Origin: the human T2T-CHM13v2.0 reference genome, Homo sapiens
Strand: one strand, 5' to 3'
DNA length: 64,000 nt
Assembly (NCBI RefSeq): GCF_009914755.1
Contig: NC_060945.1
The notes under the pieces: generated by a model
Told to the model about the DNA's origin: nothing
Databases searched by the model: none
The model's input: only the letters and a program-made list of their open reading frames with translations
Position numbers and translations under genes: made by a program
Shown: piece by piece, positions 1 to 14,315 of the stretch
Layout: each line of letters starts with the position of its first letter
How positions within the stretch are numbered: position 1 is the first letter of the stretch

Positions 1-10
1 AAATTCACCT

Positions 11-336
11 GGCTGGGCGCAGTGGCTCATGCCTGTAACTTCAGCACTTTCAGAGGCTGAGGCAGGATGAATGCTTGAGCCCAGGAGTTCGAGACCAGCC
101 TGGGCAACATGGCGAGACCCCATCTTTACAAAAACATTAAAAAAAAAATAGCTGGGTGTGATGTTATCAGCCTGCAGTTTCAGCTACTTGGGAGGCTGAG
201 GTGGGAGGATCACCTGAGTCTGGGGAAGTCAAGGCTGCAGTAAGCCATGATAGCACCTGTGCACTTTAGCCTGGGTGACAGAGCAAGACCCTGTGGAAAG
301 AAAGAACAGGAAGGACGAATGGACGGAAGGAAGGAA
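11..336 (+). mobile_element. Alu (AluJ-like), tail decayed to GGAA-rich
   Basis: GGCTGGGCGCAGTGGCTCATGCCTGTAA start, A-rich linker, J-type GAGCCCAGGAGTTCGAG and AAGGCTGCAGT. Confidence 0.93.
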
Positions 337-656
337 ACATTCATCTAGGATGTATCTGAAGACAACAGTCAGTGGTATTGCTTATATAATCAATAGCACC
401 ATAATCATTCACATGTAAAGTATTAGCATCAGTTTTTTTCCATTCATCTTCTGGTTTATCTAAGTGAAATATCTTCGTTTGTCAACTTTCCTCTTTGACA
501 TTACAGACAGAAAAATACTGAATCATCAATTTTTAATAAAAACTTAAAACAAAAGGGAAAGACTATAAAGACAGTGTCTCCAGATGTTTTATTTTTATTT
601 TTTTACATTCTTGAAAGATAATGTAGTATAATGGGCTCTAAGAAAACTGAAGATGG

Positions 657-884
657 GGCTGGGTACGGTGGCTAGCCTGTAATCCTAGCACTTTGGAAGG
701 CTGAGGTGGGAGGATCACTGGAGCCCAGGAGTTTGAGGTTACAGTGAGCTATGACTGAGTTACTGTACACCGCATTCTAGCCTGCGTGACAGAATAAGAC
801 ACTATTTCTTTAAAAAAAAAAAAAAAAAGGAAGGAAGGAAGGGAGAGAGAGAGAGAAAGAAAGAAAGGGAGGGGAGGGGAGGAA
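657..884 (+). mobile_element. Alu monomer (FAM/FRAM-like) with poly(A) and GGAA/GA tract
   Basis: Single right-arm-type monomer 657-810, A run to 828, then purine repeats. Confidence 0.85.
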
Positions 885-3800
885 TAGAATGACGGTAAAA
901 CAGTGATGATTTCAGTATTGCCTCATCCTTCTAGACACTTCCGTTATTTTTACTTTTTATTATTTTAGCCTTTTTTTTAAAGGACAGTTGGGAATAAATA
1001 ATAAATTCATTGCCAAAATGGTAAAATGCCAAAATACTTAAAGATACAGAAAAAATAAGATCACTAAGATTCCATATGTACTTTTGACTTCTAAAAGGTT
1101 CCAATGGACATATATAGTAACAGCAAGGTACTATGTTTGAGTCTATTAAGGACACATTCATTAAAACTTCAAAAATGTGGTATTATCCTTCCTACCACTT
1201 ACAAATATATTTTTTAAAAAAGCATTTGAAAACTAAAACTGAGTCCAAAGAACCCTGATAGTATACCAAAGGTTAATGTATTTCATGATAATAAAATTCA
1301 TGTCCAACTACTTAACAATGTTAAAATTATAAACAGAATCTTCCTTTTATTAATTTAAAATTGTTTATAAGCATAAAAATCCTTTAAAGTTTATAAAGTT
1401 AAGATTTTACTGATCTACATCATGTGGTGGAAAAAATCATTGTGGTGAAAAAGAATTATTTTAGAAAGTAATAAAATCAAACTAAACCATGAAAAAATTC
1501 CATGGAATCTTCACCATATGCGTAGATTGATTTGGGGAAAGATCTAAGTTTCAACACAAACTAGTTTAATGAAATATCTAATAAAATGCTTGAATTACAC
1601 AGTATATTTTAAAAAGAGCTACATTTACTTTTTTTTATAAGTATCTGAAAAGTACAGAACTAAGTGATAGGTAATTTTTTTAGAGCTTTTTAAATAAAAG
1701 ACAGTAGTAAATACTGTGCATACTAACAGTTCACAAATGGGTGCTATATTGATTCTCTAAAATAGCTAAACTATTTTCATTGCAATATGTTTTACATTTT
1801 CTGTTTGGAAATGGTTTATTAAACAAAGGGAAACTTTGTGGAACTTCTACACACTTTAAAATGATAAAATCCAAGTGATAAAATTTTACTTAGTTAAATG
1901 AAGAATGCATCTGGCAGAATTCTTACATGTAGGACTATTTTTGGTTGAGAATAGAGAAATAATGACAACGGTCTTTCTCCAGCTGTTTTTAAGGATTCAG
2001 TATCTTACTTGCAATTAAATACTCCATTAAAAACACATTTAAATGATTAAACATCTACGAGTTCACTTGGTATGCCATTTAAATTATATCTAAGGACTAC
2101 CTCATGACTTCCAATTGTGACCATGAGATCTCCCCCAATTTGTTCTGCAATATCAAGTAATACCTATTTGAGTACTGAATTTAAAGGGATTTCTACAATG
2201 CAGCTTTGACCATTAGGACACTTGGCTTTGCCTGGTTCCTCAAAATGCGTAAGTAATCAAAGGGCTACTTAATTATGTCATTCAAGAATAACTCCTAATG
2301 GACAATATTATTATCTATATTCCACTGTGGATAATTTCAGGGGTATTTTTATACAAATGGTAAGAAAAACATTAATATGTTTCATTAAACATTAGAAGAA
2401 AAATATCTAAGTACATACTAAGAAGATTCCAAAGTCCTAATTATTGACTCTTTTATTTAAAAAAAATACAGATCCAGGTATTCGGAGAACTCTCGTTGTT
2501 CTCCAAAGCAGGGCTTTGAAAGGAAGTTTTAAAAGCTGAATGAGAAACACTAAGCCAAAAACAATTTACCAACAGGATGTAACTCCAAACATTTTATCCG
2601 AAGGGATGAAAGTAGCTTTCCAAACCAAGGGCCAATGAAAAGTTAAAATACGTAAAACCCAACACTTAATTTCACATAAAAAGAAAGGAAAAGTAACATT
2701 TTAGGTATGGGTCCCGAAGTTTCATTTAAGAAGACAACAGTGAATCCTCTATTATCAATTAAAAGATAAAAAGTCATTGGAAAAAACATTTAAAAAGGAA
2801 TAAAAGAAACATTCAAGTGTTGACATTTCACAGCAGGGAATAATAAGACAATAAAAGAATATGCCTGAAGTTTCATTTCTTAAAATATATTTCTAATTAC
2901 TTGAAAAAAATGAATCAAAATTAATATATGTCTTTTAAGGGAATCTGAATTCCAAGATAATAACTTTCTTTGAAGTATTATCTTTATGAAAAGGTAGATG
3001 TGTGGTCATACAATTTAACAGATGCCAAAAATAATTATCTAAATACATTTTGCTCAACTGAGGGCCTCAACATTTGAAATGAGAACTGAGGAGTTTCTTG
3101 CTCTCTCCCAGGGGTTCTCATTTTAGGTGCAGATACTCCTCAGAGACAGGTGGCATGGACACCAGAGACACCGGTGACGAAAACAGCTGCCCAGGCTGCT
3201 CTCCACTGCAACCTGAAGGACTTAATTTTTTGGCCCAAGGCCAAATTTGCTCCTAACTTCTAGGTCCATTGGCTTTAACTTGCTCGTCAGCTGCTTCCAT
3301 AGGAGTAAAATAGTGTCATTCACATTCCCAACTAAAAAAGACTCATTAGAGACATTCCTGCGGGAGTAACTCAAGCATTCAACGCAAGGACACATGTATA
3401 TGAGGACCCCTCTAAATCTAAAATTTTATTCCTATGATTCCAAGTAATTTGTCAAATTATAGCTGATGAAAATGACAAGCATTTTAACGAGAAAGATGAT
3501 ATGCTGTCATAAAGTTGTGGAAATAGCCCTGACCAATATGTTTTACTGTCTTTTCAATAAATTCCGGGGGAAGGAAATGGTTTTGAAATAGCCACACACT
3601 CAACCCACCTAATGCCCCAAAAGGTATCTATGTTCACAACTTTCTTCTGTAGGGTCACAGAATTGCAAACAGATGTTTATTTAAAAGCTAAATATGAGCT
3701 TATATTCAAATTGGAACTTTTGCTTATCTCATAACAGCTATATACTGAATAAAATGGAGGATAATCACAAAGATTTAAGATCTTTGATGACACAAATAAA

Positions 3801-4878
3801 AGAGACAGATGAAATAACCGTTCTGGTGACAGAAAGAAACACCCCATAATTGATACGGCAAAATAAAGAAGGGCTTCTTTGTTTTGAATTCTCCTCAGAA
3901 GGCCTAGGTATATGAATCGGATTCAATAAATTTGCTATTCATTTTACACTGCCTCTATAGTTAATCTTAAAAACATTTAATTTTTAAACAAAATTAAGAT
4001 GAAAAAGTTGGAGATTTTAAGTTAAAAATCAAAGATCTAGACAAAGGAGCTAGAGAAAGAGCTAAACTGCCAAACAATTTCTATTTCAAAAACACAATAC
4101 ATTTCTGGATGCTGTACTTCACTCTGTCTTGAAAATACTGACACTGGAAAATTGTTAAATAAAGTTAATTTTACCTACAATTTTTAAAGCTCCAGAAAAC
4201 TATTACATGACAGACAGTACATACCTATTTATGATTAGTACTAATGTCTATTCACTACCTTCTACTGTTATCAAAGAAACAATAGTTTTTCTTAATGAAC
4301 ACAAAATAATCATTAACAAATTATTTTGGCAGCACATAAGTATAAGAAAAGAGTGTAAATACAAAATTAACAGAGAGTGTTTGCTTCTCACCTTTCTCAA
4401 CAGCTCTTTGGAGTAACTGGTGCTTTCTATCAGTTTTCAAGAGCATAATATTTTCCAATCTCTATCAAAATAAGAAATGTAATGGAAAATGGATCTTTCT
4501 TCTTCTGGAATTGCTTGAGTGTTTATAGTATATATGCAGGGATATCCTTTGAGATGGGAGCATCAATCCTACTAAACTCAACTATGGTTTCCCCATCCCT
4601 AAAATAGATTTGACATACAGACACAAGCACAAGGTCAAGGTCACAGATCAGCAAGAAAGATTACCAACAGAACTGATGTAACCAGCTGGCTTTTGATCAA
4701 AGCTCCTAGGGTTTTTAGTACACTTAGACACTCTGCACTTACCCACATAGTATATACTCTGTTTTAAAAATGTTCCCCATCTTTGAAGTCAAGATCTTCA
4801 TGCACTTCTTATTATAAAGTATGTTTTGTTAAATATATTGCATTGGATCAAGAATAAGAGGAGAAACCAGTATGTTTG

Positions 4879-5005
4879 TTTTTTTTTAATAGCGACGGGG
4901 TTTTACCTTCTTGGCCAGGCTTGTCTTGAACTCCTGACCTTGTGATCCACCTGCCTTGGCCTCCCAAAGTGCTGGGATTACAGGTGTGAGCCACTGCACC
5001 CGGCC
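4879..5005 (-). mobile_element. Alu left arm only (AluS-like)
   Basis: ...CTCCCAAAGTGCTGGGATTACAGGTGTGAGCCACTGCACCCGGCC; homology stops at the mid-A linker. Confidence 0.9.
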
Positions 5006-5400
5006 AGAATTGTGAATTTTTATGTGTTTGTGTGCCTGTATATATATATGCTTGCACTTTTATTTGTTTGCTTGTTATAACTGATCATTGCCATGTGACA
5101 ATTTTAAAATTAACTTAACTTGCAGTTCCCTGAATAGATAATGCTCTCTCACAATTCCAAGCTTTTGACCCATCTGAAACTGAAATTAGTAGTATGCTCT
5201 GCAATGCCCTGGGTCACTTGTTCCCAAAAACACAGACTTAACTTGTAAGTCACTGCTTCAACAAAAGAAGTTTTATAATTTATCCATAGTCTTCCACAAC
5301 AATTTTCAAATCACAGGGATCAAAAGAAACTTTAGTTATCAACAATGACAAAAACAAAAAGTGATTCTTAAAGGAATATATTATTAAATATATTAGTGCA

Positions 5401-5715
<315 letters not shown>

Positions 5716-7044
5716 TTATCTAACAAAATCATGCCTTTTGTTTTAGCTGTTTAAACAAGATGTTAAATTTATTTTAAGTTACATTTATGAAACCAAGAGT
5801 TATGTGATCAATGTTCTTACTGAAGCATTCTGGTCAAGAAATCATTTTGAAGGATGCATAAAGCTGTTGGGGTAAATTTACACTATAAAAGCTTTCCTTG
5901 CTAAATCAAGTACCACCTGCTGTAGCTTTATACAATTTGCAAACTACTTATGCTATATGTACATGTAAATGTTCTCAATTAGTGGTTTTTCATATTTTTG
6001 ATAAATTAAATACCTTTGCATGAAAATAACCCAAAATTTACTATCCTAGAAAGATTGCTAGTTTTTCAAAAATAAAGTAAAAAAGAAAAATTATGTCAAA
6101 TTATCAAATTAAATACTATTGAAATGACTTATATGACATCACTCTAGTCATTACAGGCTCCAAACACAAAGATATCTAGATAGAAGTTTCCAGTCAAGCT
6201 GTGGAAGAGAAATATCACTACAGACACAATTCATGAGCACCCAGACATGGTGGTGATACCTGTGAAGAGTCAATAAATCTGACTAGGTCCCATCCTACAG
6301 GATTAAGGAATCAAAACCAAAAATACTACATGCACAATGTACCTGCAGAAATTCTATGTCTTTAAATTTTCACAGGTAACATTAAAGTATGTCTGTCAAC
6401 TTGGAAAATGAAGCTACCAGCACACCATCAGCAGGCCACTTACTTACTTTAAATGGTTTTATTTATTTTTATTGAAGAAACTGCGGTGCGTGCTTTACCC
6501 TGATCTCTTATTTGCCCATCTATCCATACAACCAAGTGTTTGAAGTACTAATCTCAGGAACAATAGCCAGTAAATGCTAATCTGAGAACCAGTTCTGCTG
6601 TTGTCCAGGTTTAGGGCACGTTCTGCCTGTGCAGCAGGGACAGTGACACATGCTCCTTGGCATGGCACCTGCCACTCATAGTCAGATACAGACCCAGGTT
6701 GGGGAGACTCAGGAGGCTTTAGAGGATGACTCCAGTGTGCTGAGGAGACAGAGGCAGATTAGCGGTCTAGGGAATGTGGGTCAGGGCTTTTGTGATTTCA
6801 ATTGTTGGACCAAAAATGTTTCAGAACAACTTTTCTCTTAACAATAAAGAACATTAAAAACAACTACTTACTTCCTACTATTAGCATCATTTAATAAAAT
6901 TAAATCACTTTAACACTGAAAACTAAAATCTTTAATGAAAATCTCTCATCATTTTTCTGTTGCTTTTTGTCTTGAGATAGAATGATGTGTGGAAGAGTAC
7001 ATATATACTATATTGATCTCTTCACTATTTAGTAGTTCATTTGA

Positions 7045-7343
<299 letters not shown>

Positions 7344-7834
7344 TAGTTCATTCAACTCTTAAGTTACTTAAATCTTTACATCAGAATTTCCCACTGTTTA
7401 TATTTTGCTTTGTGTTTTGGTCTTTCCCTTGATTTCAATTATCACATTTATATAAAATATATAATTTGTTCTATAGAAATTCTTGTCATTAAACAAGAGG
7501 TTATAAATAAGACAGCAGGGGAGAAACAGGGCAGTAAGAAGAATAAAGAACCTTCTGCTTAGTGCCCTTCCCCCCATATCATCCTTACCATCCTCATCTT
7601 TTGAGGAAAAATACATCAGACTTAAAAATGCATACAGAATCCTGTAATAAGCCCCATTTGTTTACAGTCAAGCTAAACAACTAGGACATTTCTTTCATTC
7701 TGTAAGTCTCAGCTGACAACTCATCCTCTCTTTAGGCAGCCTTCACTGAACTCCATAGCCTGAGGGTAGTTGTTCCTCTCTGTGACTCCACGGCACTCAG
7801 TAGATCTTTCAATCATCTTGCTTACAAAACTGTA

Positions 7835-10273
7835 CGGTCACATGTCATTTTATTGTGCTTTGCTTCATTGTACTTTGCCATTATTGTGGGGTTTTTTTTT
7901 GTTTTTTTTTTGTTTTTTTTTTTACAATCTAAGGATTTGTGGCAATTCTGTTGAGGAAGTCTATTGGTACCACTTTTCCAACAGCATGTGCCCACTTTGT
8001 AGCTCTATGTCTCATTTAGGTATTTCTCACAATATTTCAAGCTTTTTCATTATTATTCTATCTGCTACGGTGATGTGTGATCTTTGGTGTTACTATTATA
8101 ATTGTTTTGGGGTGCCATGAACTGTGCCCATATCACAGCATACTTAATAAATATGTATGTTCTGATTGCTCCACCACTTAGCTGTTCCCATCTCTCTCCC
8201 TCTCCTCAGTCCTTTTTATTGCCTGAGACACAACAATATTGAAATTAGATCAATTAATAACCCTACAATGGCCTCTGTGTGTTTTGCATGTCTCACACTT
8301 TAAATCAAAAGCTAGAAATGATTAAGCTTAGTGAGGAAGGATGTTGAAAGCCAAGACAGGCCAAAAGCTCAGCCTCTTGCACCAGTTAACCAAATTGCAA
8401 ATACAAAAAAAAAAAACAATTATTGTAGGAAATTAAAAATGTCACTCCAGTGAACACATGAATGATAAGAAAACAAAACAACCTTATTGCTGACATACAG
8501 AAAGCTTTTGTGGTCTGGATTTAAGATCAAACCAGCTATTACATTCCCTTAAACCAAAGCCTAATCCAGAGCAAGGCCCTAACTCTCTTCAATTCTATGA
8601 AGACTGAGAGAGGTGAGGAAGCGGCAGAGGTGGCTCATACGATTTAAGGGAGAAAACAATAAAACTGCAAAGGGAAGCAGCAAATGCTGACAGAAAAGCT
8701 CAGCAAGAAAAGCCAGAAGATCCAGCTGAGTGAGATAAATGATGAAGGTGGTTACACTAAACAACAGATTTTCAATAGAGACAAAACAGCCTTAAATTGG
8801 AAGAAGATTCCATCTAGAAATTTCACAGCTAGAGAGAGGTCAATATCTGGCTTCAAAGCTTCAAAGGAAAGACTGACTCTCTTGGTAAAGGCTGATGAAG
8901 CTGGAACTTGAGGTTGAAGCCAATGCTCATATACCATTCCAAAAATCCTAAACCCTTAAAAATGACGATAAATCTACTCTGCCTTTGCTACATAAATGGA
9001 ACAACAAAGCCTGGAGGAAAGCACATCTGTTTACACCATGATTTGCTGAATATTTTAAGCCCGCTGTTGGGACCTACTGGACAAAAACAAAAATTCCTTT
9101 CAAAATATTACAGGCCATGTACCTGTACACTAAGAGCTCTGCTGCAGTTGTACAAGGAGATTAATGTTGTTTTTATGCCTGCTAACACAACATCCATTCT
9201 GCAGCTCATGGATCAAAGAGTAATTTTGACTTCATATCTTATTGGAAAAACACATTTTCTAAGGCTTTAGCTGTCATCAAAAGTGATTCCTCTGATTGGA
9301 TCTGGGCAGAGTCAACTGAAAAGCTTCTGAAAAGGATTCACCATTCTAGATGTCATTAAGAACATTCATGATTCATGAGGGGAGGTCAAATATCAACATT
9401 TGCAACTTCATGGATGACTTTGAGGAATTCAAGACTTCAGTGGAAGAAGCAACTGCAGATGTGGTAGAAAAAGCAAAAGAACTAGAAGTGAGCCTAAAGA
9501 TGTGGGTAAATTTCTGTAACCTCATAATAAAACATAAATGAATGAGGAGTTGTTGCGGGTTTTTTTTTTTTTTTCAACTCCTGAGCTCAAGTGATCCTCC
9601 CACATCGGCCTCCCAAAGTGCAGGGATTACAGGCATGAGCCACTACACCGAGCCTGAGGAGTTGCTTCTTACACATGTGTAAAGAAAGCAGTTTCTTGAG
9701 ATGGAATCTACTCTGGTGAAGAGACTGTGAACACTGTTGAAAAAACAACAAAGGATTTAGAATATTCTGTAAATATAAACTTAGTAGATAAAGCAGTAGG
9801 AGGTTTGAGAGGATTGACTCTTTTTGAAAGAAGTTCTCCTGTGGGTAAAATGCTATCATCAAACAGCAACACATGCTACAGAGAAATATTCCATGAAAGG
9901 ATGTCAGTCAATGTGGCGAATTTCATTGTTGTCTTATTTTAAGAAATCATTACAGAGACCCCAACCTTCAGCAACCTCCCCCTGATTCTTCGGCAGCCAT
10001 CAACATGGAGGCAAGGCCTCTACCAGAAGAAAGATTATAGTTCTCTGAAGGTTCAGAGGATCATTAGTATTTTTTTAGCTATAAGGTATTTTTAAGTTAA
10101 GGTATGCACATTATTTTTAGACATAATGCTATGGCACACTTAACAGACTACAGTATAGTGTAAACGTAACTTTTATATGGACTGAAAAACCAAAAAATGT
10201 GCTTGCTTTACTGAGGTATTCATTTCACTGCAGTGTCTGGAATTGAACCTGCAATATCTCTGAGGTATGCTTG
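7835..10273 (+). mobile_element. Tigger1 (TcMar-Tigger DNA transposon), near full length, decayed transposase
   Basis: 5' end after TA matches Tigger1 start; 3' end GCAATATCTCTGAGGTATGCTTG matches the terminus; ORF fragments 8684-8911 ([24 protein letters not shown]...[12 protein letters not shown]) and 9727-9942 resemble the pogo/CENP-B-type transposase. Confidence 0.92.
9553..9654 (-). mobile_element. 80-nt Alu/FLAM 5' fragment with poly(A), nested in Tigger1
   Basis: TSD TGAGGAGTTG at 9543-9552 and 9655-9664; T15 at 9560-9574. Confidence 0.88.
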
Positions 10274-10685
10274 TGTTTTGGTTCGTTAAGGCCTGGTTCC
10301 CCATGAGAGTATAAACTCCTTATGGGCAAGAATTATGTCTTTTTCATCTTTACATCTTAGCACCTAGCAGAGGCAGCATTCCTAGTAGAACATGCTGTAA
10401 ACAGCAAGTAAACCTTTTGGAGCCTTGGTCTGCAAAATAAGGAGTGGGCTGTCATAATTCTATGGAAATAGGAGAATTAAAATGATATGACAATGTTATT
10501 TAAAATGATGGTTTCAGATCCAATATATCTTTTTCCCTGGAATATAAATTAATAAAAAGGCACAAAATTAAAGAATAAAAAAGTATTTTATCCTACAGAG
10601 AGTTCTGTGGGTTTAGAAAACATGCGTGACTAATATTATGGTAGAAAACCCACAAGATTTAAGCCAGCTATCTATCATCTATCAT

Positions 10686-10772
10686 CTGGTTTTAAACTCC
10701 TGACCTCAAGTGATCCACCCGCCTCGGCCCCCCAAAGTGCTGGAATTACCAGTGTGAGCCACCATGCCTGGC
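10686..10772 (-). mobile_element. Alu left-arm 5' fragment, no tail
   Basis: CTCCTGACCTCAAGTGATCCACCCGCCTCGGCC...GAGCCACCATGCCTGGC. Confidence 0.85.
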
Positions 10773-12314
10773 AAAGTATTTTAAAAATATACATATTTTT
10801 AGAGTATTTTAAAGTTTTTGTAAGATGATCTTTATTTTACCACTTGTTTATGAAGAACTGATCATACTAATTTGGTTTCTTTTAGTTGCTGTTTCCCATG
10901 TCAAGGTTAGTAAGATCTGGTATGGATTTAGGTTATATCAAGAATGAGTATATGCTTCAAAATACCAGTTCCATCAAGCTTTTCATCATTTTTCCTTTTC
11001 AAATTACCTCCCCTAGATAAAGATGAAAACCCAGTTAACATTAAAATACTACTTTGTTACATTTTCTTTTGATGGAGATATTAAGAAATGAAGTATCACA
11101 TCAAAAGATTTAGTCTCTAAAACCAGACATTCATTCTAAAAAATAAGTTACAATGAAATAGGCAAAGTAAGCCTTTATGCAAGAAAGGCTTTTTATTTAT
11201 TTATTTTTTTACAGTATCAACCACAATTAAACTATTTCTCTGTGCCCATTTTAAAAATCAATCATTGAAGCAGATAATAATTATATGCCAAAGAATTTGA
11301 GCCCTTTAAATGTGTGATAAAGATTAAATCAAATTGGTCAAAGCTATTCTTGGAATGATCTTTTTAATTTGAATCTGTATTTGTTGAAGAGCTTCAAGTA
11401 TGAATGTTCAATGAATATGGCTAAATAAAAACAGTATCTTAACTAAAGTGATTAATTATGAAAAAAGTAGTGAAATTCCCTTTTAAATAACTGAAACCTG
11501 AAAAACTAAAAACCAATTCAACAACAACAACCATTACCCAAATAAGTCTTGAATACTGATGCAAGACGACTCACGTGTCATTGCCACGGCTTTCAACTTT
11601 TTACCATATTAGCATGTTACCATTAGTAGAAACATAAAATCAAGACAAATCACTCCTTTGACCTCTTTCAAAGAGTTTCAGATCCACTCTCGCCTTATGG
11701 CATAATATTAAACTTTAATAACATTTCTCAGGTCTGAGAAGGCTAAAAAGTCATGTGGGTCCAGAAAAGATCTCACTTTGCTGTGAATGGGTAAGATTTA
11801 GAAACCTAGTGTTCTAAAATGCATAGTTAAGACACTCTTTTATTTAGGCAATTGTTTAGGTATTTGTTTTAAATATATGACACATCAAATCAAATTTCCT
11901 TGTCTATAATTAGAAAACGGAGATTTTTGGCATATATTTTATTCATTTGAACTAACGACTTAAACTAAACTTACAAACATCTTATCCTTCATAATACCAG
12001 ATTACACAAATTTAAAGAACTTGTATCCAATTGGAAGGGCAGCTAATTTTTATGAGGTGAAATCTATTTTCCTCTAATAATTTTGCCACTGGCTACTGTT
12101 TTCATAATAGCATGGCATGTAAAGTAATTCTCCAAACATGACAGAATCATAATTTAAAGGTTGGGAGGCAGTTGAAAAGTCATCTGCCTAATCAATCATC
12201 CTGTCTGATGCTTAATCCCCTTTATAACCCATTTGCTATCTCTGGATATCTAGCTTATTTCTAAAAACCTCTAGTGACCATGAACTATCTTCCAAGGTGG
12301 TCTTTTGGAGACGG

Positions 12315-12502
12315 ATGGCTCTGGGTTCAACTTATTCCGGCTCTACCATTTACCAACTCTTTGATCATAGGAAAGTTGGCTACTCTTGAAAGTTTATCAT
12401 TATTAAACGTGCAAAAGCACTAATACCTGTTTCATAGAGCCCCTGGGCTGAACAAATGTGGTAATGCTCACATAGCCTAGCCACAGAGTCGCTGCTCAGT
12501 AA
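12315..12502 (+). mobile_element. MIR (degenerate)
   Basis: CTGGGTTCAA...CCGGCTCTACCATTTACCAAC...TAATACCTGTTTCATAG...GCTCAGTAA resembles the MIR core. Confidence 0.6.
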
Positions 12503-13279
12503 GAGTTCCTTGCGTAACTCCAACAGTATGAAATTCTGCCTTGCACTGAGCTATAATCTGTTGAGTTTTAGTCTGACTATTGGTCTTTTTGGGGACACAA
12601 AAAACAAGGCTAATCCATCAGTTACCTTTCAAACATTAGAAACCTGCTGCCAGGTTCCACTGACCAGGTCTGTCACCTTGTTAAGGCCAAGATAAGATAG
12701 TTAAAACCCATTGTTGACAGGGGCTTAGCAAAGGGCAATCAAAGGAAGACAAATGTTCCTGGGGCCAGTCTGTGGTGGGTGCTGCAGAGATGCAATTCTT
12801 TACAAATTCTTGACTGGCCAAAACAGTGTATAAAACCTCCTGGGAGCTCTTGTCACTGACCGTTGATTCCTACAAAGTGTATTTTACATTTTAAAAGCCC
12901 TGCTTTATCACAGGTGCTTTAAGCCATACTCACCCTTCCTCGAATGAAATACTAGGATAGAGTTGTCTTTGATTCTCCTCACGGGGTTGGTTAATACATT
13001 ATTTATCCTCATTCCCATGTTACCAGGGCACTAAAGCTCAGAACAACTGAGTGGTTGGTTAATTATCCAGTAAATGCCTGATCCAAAACCACGTCAAGGT
13101 CTTCTGGAACACAGTCTTTCCTATCATATTCAATTGCCACAGACTGTAACAAATGTGGATTTGAAAACTTTTCGTAAAGCAAAATTTATGCAGCACTCTG
13201 AGAATTCTGGATTACTTTTCCCACTCTAAAATCTTGTCTCTGCCAGTGTCAGTCTCTTGCTTTTATTAGGAAGGCCACA

Positions 13280-13508
13280 AAGCATTGTGGTGAAAAGAAC
13301 AGTCTCTGGATTCCTGACTCTGCTATTCAGTAGTGGGTCACTTTGGTGGATTTACTTAACTGTTCCGAGGCTCAGTTTTTTCAGCTGTAAAAGGAATAAT
13401 AATAGTATTTACCTTATAAAACTGTTGTATTAAATAAAAGGTACATGTAAAACAGTATAATATCTCACATTTTCTAAGCACTCAATGAATGTTAATTGTT
13501 TTACTATT
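13280..13508 (+). mobile_element. MIR
   Basis: TTACTTAACTGTTCCGAGGCTCAGTTTTTTCAGCTGTAAAAGGAATAATAATAGTATTTACC...TAAGCACTCAATGAATGTTA. Confidence 0.8.
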
Positions 13509-13613
13509 CACAGACAAAGCTTCAGCCCAGAGAACTTTCTCAAACAAAATTTTTTTTGACTTACTAGTCACCCTATATAAAGCTCCTTGAGGCTTAGGAT
13601 TGTCTTTTGTCTT

Positions 13614-13645
<32 letters not shown>

Positions 13646-13687
13646 CAGACAGATAGATAGATAATATAGATAGATAGTATATATATA

Positions 13688-13724
<37 letters not shown>
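13614..13724. repeat. Compound microsatellite (GATA/GACA)n-(TA)n-(TG)n-(TA)n
   Basis: Directly visible. Confidence 0.95.
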
Positions 13725-13879
13725 CCTGAAAAACTAAAGAAAAAGCATTTGGATCTGTAAAATAATTTAATAATCTAGGTAATTAATTCTTTCACTCATA
13801 ATTTTGTGTGACAGGTTTACTTAAAGCAAAAAGTAATTTCATATACAAAAGATGCATATAATTTCTTCCTTACCTAAAC

Positions 13880-14315
13880 CTTTTTCTTAAGAACCTATAC
13901 CCAAACCACAGACCTCAGGAGAATGGAACAACACTGGGAACCTAACTAATGGACCAATCATTTCCTCTCTTGACATCTGGAATTCAGAGGGAGACAGAAA
14001 GCTTCATTTTGGAGTGGACTTCATGAGGCCACATTTCAGATTAGTGCCTAGAGGAGTCAGTATTCTGAGAGAAAAGATTGAAGTAAGCACACAGAGAGAA
14101 GCAGAGATGAGGGAGGCAAAACGAGGAGAGGAGAGGAGAGGAGAGGGAAGGGACAGCAGGGAGGTGCTGAATGAATGGCTTTCCAGCTTCAGGAGGGGCA
14201 AAGTACTCCGATCACCAGGTTCCTGAAGAGTTCGCTGCATGCCTCTAACAAGTCCTCCTGTACCTGAGCTTTGTTGAGGGGCTTCTGTTCCCTGTAATCA
14301 CACCACCCCTAAGAT
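13880..14315 (+). mobile_element. Probable old ERVL/MaLR-type LTR relic (LTR16/LTR33-like)
   Basis: GGACCAATCA...CACAGAGAGAAGCAGAGATGAG...TTCTGTTCCCTGTAATCA pattern; subfamily uncertain. Confidence 0.45.

Noticed and set aside
8684-9942. ORFs resembling TIGD1/transposase as a gene
   Set aside because: Fragmented by stops and frameshifts inside a Tigger1 fossil interrupted by an Alu fragment.
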